Below, one piece after another: positions 17,971 to 25,847 of a stretch of 32,000 bases of DNA; the stretch's first letter is position 1, and each line of letters begins with the position of its first letter. The stretch comes from Horticoccus luteus (GTDB lineage: Bacteria > Verrucomicrobiota > Verrucomicrobiia > Opitutales > Opitutaceae). Position numbers and translations under genes: made by a program. The DNA is taken from the NCBI RefSeq assembly GCF_019464535.1, contig NZ_CP080507.1, forward strand, positions 3,630,001 through 3,662,000, read 5' to 3'. The notes beneath the pieces are model-generated. The model was given only the letters and a program-made list of their open reading frames with translations. It had not been told where the DNA came from and did not search any database.

Positions 17971-20063
17971 TTTGTCGATTGGTTCACCGCGATCCAAAAC
18001 GGCTGCTCGTTGCCGGTGCGCACCTCGCGCACGGACTCTTCCTCGCGCAGCCGTTCGGCGCGCATCCGCGCCGGCTCGGTGCCGAGCAGGCGCTCAAACC
18101 CGGCGTTGTCGGCATACGCGTTTTCAAGATAGAACAGGAGTTCCCAGTGCATATTGAGATCGAGACGATGCTGCCGGCGGAAATCATATAAGGCCTGGGT
18201 CGTCTGCTTTTTCTCCTCCGCTGAAGCCGTCGAGCCCACGCCATTCGCCTTCGTGGCGCGATAAGTGACCCGGCTGTGCTCGTTGGCCAGCACCAGCGTC
18301 TGCACCCGCGCGCGTTCACTGGCGGTCAGGTCCCGGCTGAGTGCTTTCTGCAGCAGCGCATCCGTCTGGTCGAAATCCTCTTCCCGATACATCAAGCCCG
18401 CGAGGTTCGCCATTTTGTTGCGCAATAGCTTCATGCCCGGCGTGAGGTCGGTGATGCGGTCGAGGTTGGGCATCACCCGATCGTTCCAGATCTGCTGCCA
18501 ATATTGCTGGTAGGCTTTTACGTCGTCGCGAGCGTTACCGTAAGTCCCGCAATATTCGTTTTCCCAATCCGCGAAAGAGCGCTCGGGCCGGTAAAAACCA
18601 CGCGCCATGATATAATTGGTCATGCCTGAAATCGGCCAGAAGCCCCAGCACGTATCATAATCCGTGCCCTTCATGTTGAGGTAGTGGTTGACAAGCTGAT
18701 AGTGGCCAAACATGTGCTGCTCAAAACCGAGCGGCAGACCCGTGTCCTGACACAGCGCATTGGTCCGCATATAAACATCCGTGGCATTGGCATTCTTCCA
18801 CCCGCGGACGTAGGCCTCCATCTCCGGCAGGGTTTCGGACAGATTCGGCAGCAGGAACGTAATCACGCCATCGTCCAGGCGCTCCCGCCGGGGCGGCTGA
18901 TTGTAGCGGCTGTAGGCATAGAACACCACGCGGGCCTTAGGATCGTAATGCGCGCGGGCTTCGCGGAGCACCGCGTTGGTGAAATGCACGTAGCGGTCGG
19001 TCAACATCCGGTCCTCGACGTCGAGATTTTCCTCGCCCGGCAGCAGCACATCGAGCGCCTGGCAGTCCGGACAACGGCAGAAATTGCGACTGTCGTTTTC
19101 GCAGGCATTGATGACCAGCCCGCCGCCCGCCGCGTAATGATCCTTCACGACCTGTTTGACCAACGCCGGATTGCTCACGCACATCTTCACCCGATCGGCC
19201 AGTTTCTCTGACGCCGGCCCGCGCTTGCCGTTTTTGCCGAGCGCAAAATATTCCGGGTGCGTCGCGCCATACTTGGCCCACCACTTCCGAAAGGCGTGGC
19301 CGTAGGTGAAATCGAGGCTGCTGCCCATGCGCATCCGCTTTTGCCAGACACGCTCATCCAACTGACGCGCCTCAAATTCCTTCGCGGAAAACTGCATGTC
19401 CTTCGGCACTTCGCCTTCCTTTAACGCGCGATCGCGGAGGTCTTCTTTATACGCGGTGCGCATGTGGCGTTGCACCAGTTGCGGCACCCACTGCCCCTCG
19501 CTCACCGGGAGCACCAGCACCTTTTGCGGCGTGTAGGTAATGCCGGCGAGACCCGGTTCGATCCAGTGCACCCCGAGGGCGTTCTCCAGAAATTCATAAA
19601 CGGCATACAGCGTGCCCGCCTGGGTCTTGCTCGCCATGGCGATGTCGCGCGCCGTGCCGCCGCCGCGAAGGGCCTTCTTGTTCACGGCATCCCGCCCATA
19701 CAAGAAAATGCCTTTCGGTGTGACGACCCAGCGCCCTTCCTCGACCTCGAGCGATGTCTTCACGTTGGGCGGGAGGAGCCCCACGCCGATCGGAAACTGT
19801 CCCGCTTGGGGGCGCTTCACCACGGGCACGTCGCAACCCGTGATCAACTTCAAGTGGAACTGCAGTTCCTCCACCGCGTAGTCGATCACCGCCGTTTTTT
19901 TGGCCGGCACCACGATGACGCAGCTCGACGGGTTGATCTTGATCGTGGGGTCTTCACTTTTCGCCCGCAGCGCGGTGGTTCCAAGCGAGATGGCTGCCAG
20001 CAAGCAGCACAGGAGTTTATTTAGAGAATTCACAGATATTGTATTGGGGTTGCCCGGTCGCAC
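17967..20063 (-). CDS. DUF4838-type putative glycoside hydrolase, divergent paralog P4
   Basis: GTG start at 20063, or GTG at 20033 giving (M)NSLNKLLCCLLAAISLGTTALRA. It keeps the family skeleton (GTLYAVYEFLENALGVHWIEPG, HPEYFALGKNGKRGP, MCVSNP, NACENDSRNFCRCPDCQALD) but differs at most other positions. The C-terminal EWIGNFNH..W.ED block is absent. GC content is visibly lower than in its neighbours. Confidence 0.65.
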   Translation of the reverse strand: MRPGNPNTISVNSLNKLLCCLLAAISLGTTALRAKSEDPTIKINPSSCVIVVPAKKTAVIDYAVEELQFHLKLITGCDVPVVKRPQAGQFPIGVGLLPPNVKTSLEVEEGRWVVTPKGIFLYGRDAVNKKALRGGGTARDIAMASKTQAGTLYAVYEFLENALGVHWIEPGLAGITYTPQKVLVLPVSEGQWVPQLVQRHMRTAYKEDLRDRALKEGEVPKDMQFSAKEFEARQLDERVWQKRMRMGSSLDFTYGHAFRKWWAKYGATHPEYFALGKNGKRGPASEKLADRVKMCVSNPALVKQVVKDHYAAGGGLVINACENDSRNFCRCPDCQALDVLLPGEENLDVEDRMLTDRYVHFTNAVLREARAHYDPKARVVFYAYSRYNQPPRRERLDDGVITFLLPNLSETLPEMEAYVRGWKNANATDVYMRTNALCQDTGLPLGFEQHMFGHYQLVNHYLNMKGTDYDTCWGFWPISGMTNYIMARGFYRPERSFADWENEYCGTYGNARDDVKAYQQYWQQIWNDRVMPNLDRITDLTPGMKLLRNKMANLAGLMYREEDFDQTDALLQKALSRDLTASERARVQTLVLANEHSRVTYRATKANGVGSTASAEEKKQTTQALYDFRRQHRLDLNMHWELLFYLENAYADNAGFERLLGTEPARMRAERLREEESVREVRTGNEQPFWIAVNQSTK

Positions 20064-20067
20064 AATG

Positions 20068-20085
20068 ACGGCCGTCGCCGGCCGT
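20068..20085. other. perfect 7-bp stem / 4-nt loop palindrome in the P5-P4 intergenic gap
   Basis: acggccg at 20068..20074, tcgc at 20075..20078, cggccgt at 20079..20085. It lies 4 nt upstream (in mRNA sense) of the GTG at 20063. Its function is unknown. Confidence 0.3.
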
Positions 20086-20096
20086 GATTACGTCGG

Positions 20097-22151
20097 TCAG
20101 GGATATAATTCCGGCGCTTGTTTCGTTTCGGTCCCAAGCGTCCAGCTCAAGTCCTCGACCCATGCCTCGTGGTTGAAATTTGCGATGCCGCTGAATTCAT
20201 GCGCGCGACGGAATGCCAGCAGTTCCGCCAACGCCTCCTTGCCTTCCGGCGCGGGTCCATCCGGCCGGGCCAACGACAGCAAGCCGGCCACCCGCGAACT
20301 GAGCTTCGCGTGCACTAAACCAGCCTGCAAAAACGCCACGCGTTCCGCCGCCGTGCGGTCGTCGGCGCAGGCCGCCGCCGCTTTCGCGAGCATCGCTTCG
20401 CCCGCGGCAAAGCACTCCGTCGGATAAACCGCGTGCGCCGCTTTCGCCCAAGTGCGCCACCGCGAGGCGTGCAGGCTATCGAACGCCTCGTTGATCTGCG
20501 CGCGATGCCCCATCGTATAATTTTCCCAATAGTCGAAATACGCCTTCACCTCGGTCGCCGCTGGACCGAACGCCGCGTAATATTCGCTCAAGAGTTCGTC
20601 GGGATCCGCATCCGGCCGCGTATGCAGACGCATCAAGAGGTAGAGGTCCGGCCCTTGCGTCGCCCACTGGCCTGTCAACGAGTCGAAATCTGTCGCCACC
20701 ATGCCGTTTCTCACCTCCGACTGGAAGTCGTCGGCGAACTGGTGGGCGAAGATGAACGGCATGCAGTAGCCGTCCAAAAAGTAGTTCGTGCGCGAGAAGA
20801 GCCGCGCGCCTGTGTCCGCCCAACCGCGCCATTGCCGCTTGAACCAAGCGTGCTCCTCCGGGCTGCGGGGATACCACCCGCCAGAGGGACAGTAACCGAG
20901 CAGGATGTGATCGTTTAACTTTATTCCCGAAGTCGGGGCCTGAAAGTAGTTGAAATACACATAGCCGACCACGGTCGCATCCGGATCGTGCTTCGCCGCG
21001 AGCTGCTGCACCGCCAGCCAGAAATGGGCGTAGCGGTCGGAAACGAAACGCGCCCCAAACACCTTCGATTTGGGCGAGTAGAATTTCATCGCATCAGCGG
21101 GCACCGGCCCGTCCCACGCCCGGCACCCTTCGCATTCGCACAGACCGAGAATGTCGTTCTCGACCGCATTGATATAATGCGGATTCGTCCCCGTGGGCTT
21201 CGTGCGCTCCGCCTGCCATAGGTCCACAATTTTCTGCTGCAACCCCGGCTCCGACACGCTCATCGAAAAGCGCCCGCCGGGTTTCATCGGCCCGCGCTTT
21301 CCATTCACCAATTGGAACCATTCGGGATGGTCCTCGCCGTATTTCTCCCACCAGTCGGTGAACGCGTGATGATAAGTGATCACCGTCCCGCGCCCCATGC
21401 GGCACCGGCGGAGAAAGACCGATTGCTCATGCGCATACTTTTCCGCTGCCGCCGGCGTAAAGCCGAGCGCCGGATGGTCGCTGGTGAATCCCAGGCCCGG
21501 ACGCACGAGGCGCTGAAAAAAGCGCGGGGCGACAGTTTCGTCCCAGTCGTGCGCCACAACTTCGTGCCGGACCGGCACGAACGTGCCGAGCTCTCCCGGC
21601 CACAGCCAACGCACGCCGAGTTCGCGTTCCAGCCATTCATACACGCCAAACATGGTCCCTCCGGGCGTGTTCATATTGAGCGGATCGCCGGGCGGAATTT
21701 CCGGCGGATTGTAAAGCGCATCGGACACCGCATGCTCTCCGGCGCGCGTGCCCGGCCCGCCCCGACGAAGATCGCCTCCTACGATGTAGACATCGGGACC
21801 GATCGTTCGAAGCACGAATGTTTCCGGCGCCAGGGCTGCGGCATCGATCCCCGCGTTTTCAGCGGCGCGCGTCGCTCCGAGGAAAAAATGGGATCCGTCG
21901 CCGGGCTGGCCGTCGGCTTCGGTCATGATCGGCAGCGTCACACCCGAGGCTTTCGCAATATGCTCCACCAACTCTTGGGCGGCATAGCGCACGACCGGCG
22001 AAGCATCGCCCGGCACCACCACCGTCGCGCGCGCCTGACCCGCCGCGACAATCGGCCGCTCAGACCCGCAGGCGATCTGGACGGCGAAGAGCGCGCCGGC
22101 CAGCACCAAGGCCCAGCCGCGGCGCGGATGGAGTTCGAAAGAACCTTTCAT
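20097..22151 (-). CDS. DUF4838-type putative glycoside hydrolase, paralog P5
   Basis: The ATG at 22151 lies 6 nt after the receptor stop. Signal peptide MKGSFELHPRRGWALVLAGALFAVQIA. Family blocks: GTMFGVYEWLERELGVRWLWPGELGT, HPEWFQLVNGKRGP, NAVENDILGLCECEGCRAWDGP, FIFAHQFADDF, ANFNHEAWVED. It has MSVSEP where the others have MCVSNP. Confidence 0.7.
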   Translation of the reverse strand: MKGSFELHPRRGWALVLAGALFAVQIACGSERPIVAAGQARATVVVPGDASPVVRYAAQELVEHIAKASGVTLPIMTEADGQPGDGSHFFLGATRAAENAGIDAAALAPETFVLRTIGPDVYIVGGDLRRGGPGTRAGEHAVSDALYNPPEIPPGDPLNMNTPGGTMFGVYEWLERELGVRWLWPGELGTFVPVRHEVVAHDWDETVAPRFFQRLVRPGLGFTSDHPALGFTPAAAEKYAHEQSVFLRRCRMGRGTVITYHHAFTDWWEKYGEDHPEWFQLVNGKRGPMKPGGRFSMSVSEPGLQQKIVDLWQAERTKPTGTNPHYINAVENDILGLCECEGCRAWDGPVPADAMKFYSPKSKVFGARFVSDRYAHFWLAVQQLAAKHDPDATVVGYVYFNYFQAPTSGIKLNDHILLGYCPSGGWYPRSPEEHAWFKRQWRGWADTGARLFSRTNYFLDGYCMPFIFAHQFADDFQSEVRNGMVATDFDSLTGQWATQGPDLYLLMRLHTRPDADPDELLSEYYAAFGPAATEVKAYFDYWENYTMGHRAQINEAFDSLHASRWRTWAKAAHAVYPTECFAAGEAMLAKAAAACADDRTAAERVAFLQAGLVHAKLSSRVAGLLSLARPDGPAPEGKEALAELLAFRRAHEFSGIANFNHEAWVEDLSWTLGTETKQAPELYP

Positions 22152-22157
22152 CCCCGG

Positions 22158-25100
22158 TCACAAGTCGAAGCTGGCAGTGAGGAGAAACATGCGCGGGTCG
22201 ACGACGCGGTAGGCGGAAATCGTCCCGTCCGGCCACGCGGCGAGCGGCTGCAAGCGGCCGTCTTCCTGCACGTTCTTCACGTTGAGCTGGAAGCGGGCGT
22301 TGATCCGCCGACCCGCGAACAATTTCATCTGGTAACCCAAGGTGAGATCAAACGCGAGATGCGACTCATCGTAGATCGGCCGCGACTTGTCCAATTGGGT
22401 GTAAACGCCGGTGGAATCCTTGATGCCCCAGTAACCGATGGCGCCCTTATCCTGCCACCGCACCGCGCCACCGATGCTGACGGCTTTCCACACCGGATTG
22501 TCAGTGATCCCTTCCAACCGGTAGTTGGTGAGGAAGCGGGCACTATAGCGGCGGATTTGCGGCATGCTCAGACCTTCCTGCGCGATGGCGATCGCCAGCG
22601 GCTGGGAGACGTTTTTCCCGTCGTAATAGATTTTCGCCGAGCCGACGTTCGGGCCGTCGTATTGATATGTATACCAATTGGTCGGCGCGCCGGTCGGGTT
22701 ATCGATCGTCGCGGGCGGAGCCGGATCGACGACGCTCTCCCAGACAGGCATGCGCTCGTTGATATAGTTCAGGAGGCCTGACGCGATTTTGGCCTGAATC
22801 GACTCCTGTTGCGTCACATTGCCCTTCATCGTCCAGAAACGCGTGGGATTATAATTGAATTCAATCTCCGTGCCGCGGGCCAGCGTATCCTCGGGTTCCG
22901 CGAGGTTGAGGCCCTCCTCGTCCAGCCGGGACATCTGGTCGATAAAGTCCGGACTGAGGTGCATCACACTGGCGACCTGCTGGCGCAACTGGTCGACGGT
23001 GATGCTCGGATTCTGCGCCACGATCCATTGGCTTGCCCGGTTCTGCAGCGCAAACGCGCGCGAGGCCGTGCCATCGTAGATGTCGATCGCGAGCAGGCGA
23101 TTCGCAATCGTGGAGGACGTCCCGCGGCGATTTCCGATCGTGCGATTCTCGTATTTGTTCACGCGGATATTGAACTTCGAGTCGAAGAGATTCACCCAGA
23201 CGCCATAGTCTTTGCCGAGGCCGGTGGGATTGGGCACGCGGTTGCCGTGCAGGTCGATCGCCGGCACGTCCGGCAGGAAGCTGTCGGATTTGTTGCCGTA
23301 AAAGCTGATGCCGTTGAACCACGTCAACGAGCTTAGCCACGCGCCCGCCTTCGTGCCGCTCAGCCACGGGAGCGGCCGCACCACCACGCCCTTGGTCGTC
23401 GTCGAACCTTGGTTCGTCACCCAATCGGAATTCCATTGTTCGTCCCACGCATAGTCATGAGACAAACCATCCGTCTTCATCTTCGGCAAAACGCCGGAAC
23501 GGTCGTAAATATTATCCCGCCGGAAGCCGAACGTGGGCACGATGCTGTCGCGGATGAGATGGCTTTGCAGCACCACACCCGAGGTCTTCTGAATCTTCAG
23601 GTCGTTGTTGGCGCCACCAGTGCCGTCGAGCGATCCGGCGAAACCGAGTTGCGTCGGCTCGTGATAGAAGTTCCCCGTCTTCGCATCGCCGTAGGTGAAG
23701 TCATAAACGCCGGGCGAAAACGACCGGGGCGCGTAGTCGATATTGTAGTCCTGATTGTCGCCCACGTAATACATGTAGTAATTGCGCGAACCGACGGGGG
23801 AGTTTTTGTTATAGAGCTCCGATCCGTAGTTCGTGGTAACGCCGCTGCTGGTGGCACGATTGACGCCGTAGGGCAGCCAGACGTGGTCGTCCAGCATGGC
23901 GGGTTTGTAAACGTAGCGGCGTGTTTCGTAATGCTTGTATTCCTGAAACGCCGAGAGCTGGTGCATGCCGAGCCAGTGCCACCAACCTTTTTCGCGCCGC
24001 AGATCGAGTTTGTAGGCGAGCTGCGCCCGATAGGTGTTGTTGGTGAGCGGAGTCTCGCGCAGGCTCGCGTCCGGAATCGAGATGAAGGGGCGGCCGAGGT
24101 TCGGATTTTCGCTCCCGTCCATCCGCCGGCGATTCACGTCGATCAAATAGTAACCATAGGGTTTTCCGTAGGGCGTGTCCTGGGTCAGCTTGGACGTCTC
24201 GCGAAACCATCCCGCTTGCAACGCCACCAGATTCATCGGCGTATCCAGAATCGTTTGCGTCAGCTGAATCAAAGACTGGCCGGTGCGGTTCCACTCTTTG
24301 TTGATCGAGGCCAGATTGACGTTGCGCCAGTCGTAGTCAGTCAGCGGCGGAGCGCCCTTGATGAGACCGGCATTGCCCGCGCCAAAGCTGGGCACCACAT
24401 AGTTGTAAGCCGCCTGACTCGTCTTCGCATTATTATCCCACGTCGCCGGATTGTTGTCGAAGGGGCCAAGCGGGATCGGAATGCCCAGCGGGCTCATCGG
24501 CTTGCCATTCGTCGGCGTCGCGGTCCCCCGCGGCGTGGTCCAATAGTCAACGCCGCCGCCGTCGAGGAAGAGCAGGGAGTTTCCGCGGCCGGTATTTTGA
24601 TACAGTGTCGTGAAATAGGAAGGCAGCTTGCCGGCGGCATTGGTATAGCGCACGGAGCCGTCCGCATTGTAGGCGGTATTGGTCACCGGGTCCCACGTCG
24701 GCATGCCCGCCGCCTTCCAGTCCTGCGTGCCATCGCGCGGGGTCAGCGTGTTCGCCCTGATGCCGGAATAGCGATAGTCCAAATAGGACGCGGTCACCAC
24801 CGTCCCCTTGAAGGGCTGGTATTTCACCATGAAGTTGTAACGCTCGGTGTTCGTCCCCGAGGGCTTCAGGTGATAGCCCGTGTGCATGAACACCTGGCTC
24901 ACCCGCACCGCCAGTTTGTTCTTCAGGATGACTTTGTTGGTGTCGAACGACTCACGGTAGCCGCCGAAGCTGTCCGCCCGAAACTCGATTTTTGTTTTGT
25001 CTTTGTTCAGGTTGCCGGTCGCCGCGACCACGTTCACCGTGCCGGCCGGACTGCCGAGACCGAAGATGCTGGAGTTGGGCCCGCGGGAGATCTCCACGCC

Positions 25101-25751
25101 CTCAATGCCCACTTTGTCGATCGGCACGCGGCCGGCCGTCTCAAAATTGCCGAGCGCGATGTTCGCGCTGCCGATGCCGCGGATGCGATTGGCCGAGCCC
25201 GGCGAGGTGCTGGAGTTGTCGTTGATATTGCCGCTCGTCTCGACCGTGAAATCGGTATACTCGTTCAACCCCTCCGTGCCCGCCTCGTAGCTGAAGATAT
25301 CGTTGATATCCAGCATGGCAAAATCATCCATCTGATCGAGCGTCACCACGGTGACGGAAGACGCGAGATCCTCCACTTTGCTGTTGAGGCGCGTGCCCGA
25401 CATGGCGTTGGAGCCATAATACCCGTCCTTCTCCTCCTTCACCGTAAACGGGTCCATCTGCTGCACCGGTTCGCGCGTGGCATGCCCGGCCGCTTCCGGG
25501 TTCGTCAGCACCGCCTGACGCACGGCACGATCATCGTCGGCCTTTTTGGCCGCCAACTCATCCGCGTCGAGCCGGCCATTCTTGTTGGTGTCGTATTTGG
25601 CGAGGTCTGCCGCGCTGGGGGGAGTCGCGGTCGACGGGGCGCCCTGCGCGACGGCGGCGATTGCCAGGAGCGCCGGGATGAGGATGAACCGACCTGTCGG
25701 CCAACGGAACAAACGGACAGGAGAAACTGAAACGGCGGGGGATGGAGTCAT
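22158..25751 (-). CDS. TonB-dependent outer-membrane receptor (long, ~1197 aa) with an N-terminal EF-hand-like extension
   Basis: I place the start at the ATG at 25751 (MTPSPAVSVSPVRLFRWPTGRFILIPALLAIAAVAQG, a signal peptide). The 37-aa upstream extension to the GTG at 25862 is Pro/Arg-rich and crosses a G9 tract. Plug-like block: MDPFTVKEEKDGYYGSNAMSGTRLNSKVEDLASSVTVVTLDQMDDFAMLDINDIF...GVEISRGPNSSIFGLGSPAGTVNVV. A long beta-barrel-style Y/G/N/T-rich sequence follows. Confidence 0.82.
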   Translation of the reverse strand: MTPSPAVSVSPVRLFRWPTGRFILIPALLAIAAVAQGAPSTATPPSAADLAKYDTNKNGRLDADELAAKKADDDRAVRQAVLTNPEAAGHATREPVQQMDPFTVKEEKDGYYGSNAMSGTRLNSKVEDLASSVTVVTLDQMDDFAMLDINDIFSYEAGTEGLNEYTDFTVETSGNINDNSSTSPGSANRIRGIGSANIALGNFETAGRVPIDKVGIEGVEISRGPNSSIFGLGSPAGTVNVVAATGNLNKDKTKIEFRADSFGGYRESFDTNKVILKNKLAVRVSQVFMHTGYHLKPSGTNTERYNFMVKYQPFKGTVVTASYLDYRYSGIRANTLTPRDGTQDWKAAGMPTWDPVTNTAYNADGSVRYTNAAGKLPSYFTTLYQNTGRGNSLLFLDGGGVDYWTTPRGTATPTNGKPMSPLGIPIPLGPFDNNPATWDNNAKTSQAAYNYVVPSFGAGNAGLIKGAPPLTDYDWRNVNLASINKEWNRTGQSLIQLTQTILDTPMNLVALQAGWFRETSKLTQDTPYGKPYGYYLIDVNRRRMDGSENPNLGRPFISIPDASLRETPLTNNTYRAQLAYKLDLRREKGWWHWLGMHQLSAFQEYKHYETRRYVYKPAMLDDHVWLPYGVNRATSSGVTTNYGSELYNKNSPVGSRNYYMYYVGDNQDYNIDYAPRSFSPGVYDFTYGDAKTGNFYHEPTQLGFAGSLDGTGGANNDLKIQKTSGVVLQSHLIRDSIVPTFGFRRDNIYDRSGVLPKMKTDGLSHDYAWDEQWNSDWVTNQGSTTTKGVVVRPLPWLSGTKAGAWLSSLTWFNGISFYGNKSDSFLPDVPAIDLHGNRVPNPTGLGKDYGVWVNLFDSKFNIRVNKYENRTIGNRRGTSSTIANRLLAIDIYDGTASRAFALQNRASQWIVAQNPSITVDQLRQQVASVMHLSPDFIDQMSRLDEEGLNLAEPEDTLARGTEIEFNYNPTRFWTMKGNVTQQESIQAKIASGLLNYINERMPVWESVVDPAPPATIDNPTGAPTNWYTYQYDGPNVGSAKIYYDGKNVSQPLAIAIAQEGLSMPQIRRYSARFLTNYRLEGITDNPVWKAVSIGGAVRWQDKGAIGYWGIKDSTGVYTQLDKSRPIYDESHLAFDLTLGYQMKLFAGRRINARFQLNVKNVQEDGRLQPLAAWPDGTISAYRVVDPRMFLLTASFDL

Positions 25752-25767
25752 GGCTGATTTTTTGAAA

Positions 25768-25776
25768 GGGGGGGGG
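25768..25776. repeat. G9 (C9 on the coding strand) homopolymer in the receptor leader
   Basis: Direct count: g at 25768..25776, followed by a T6 run at 25758..25763. The minus strand reads CCCCCCCCC TTT C AAAAAA TCAGCC ATG. Confidence 0.9.
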
Positions 25777-25847
25777 CGCGAAGGAAGGGAGGAAACCAAG
25801 AATGGCGATCTAAACTTGCACGGGCGGCTGCGGCGGCGCAGGCCGGG

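Noticed and set aside
7800-22151. Twin-arginine (Tat) export signals on P3 (QRRERRAS), P5 (HPRRGWALVLAG) and the PL10-like protein (TARRWRAAALVG). This is tempting given the Cys cluster.
   Set aside because: None matches the S/T-R-R-x-F-L-K consensus well, and P1, P2 and P4 lack RR pairs altogether. It needs TatP/SignalP scoring before any claim.
2628-25730. Many long plus-strand ORFs: 2628..4811, 4766..6301, 6435..7817, 8231..9658, 9955..11628, 12402..13460, 13470..14408, 15293..16474, 21312..22781, 23409..25730
   Set aside because: All are antisense to minus-strand genes that have clear family motifs. Their translations are Arg/Pro/His-rich with no recognisable domains. This is the expected stop-codon depletion on the reverse strand of GC3-rich genes.
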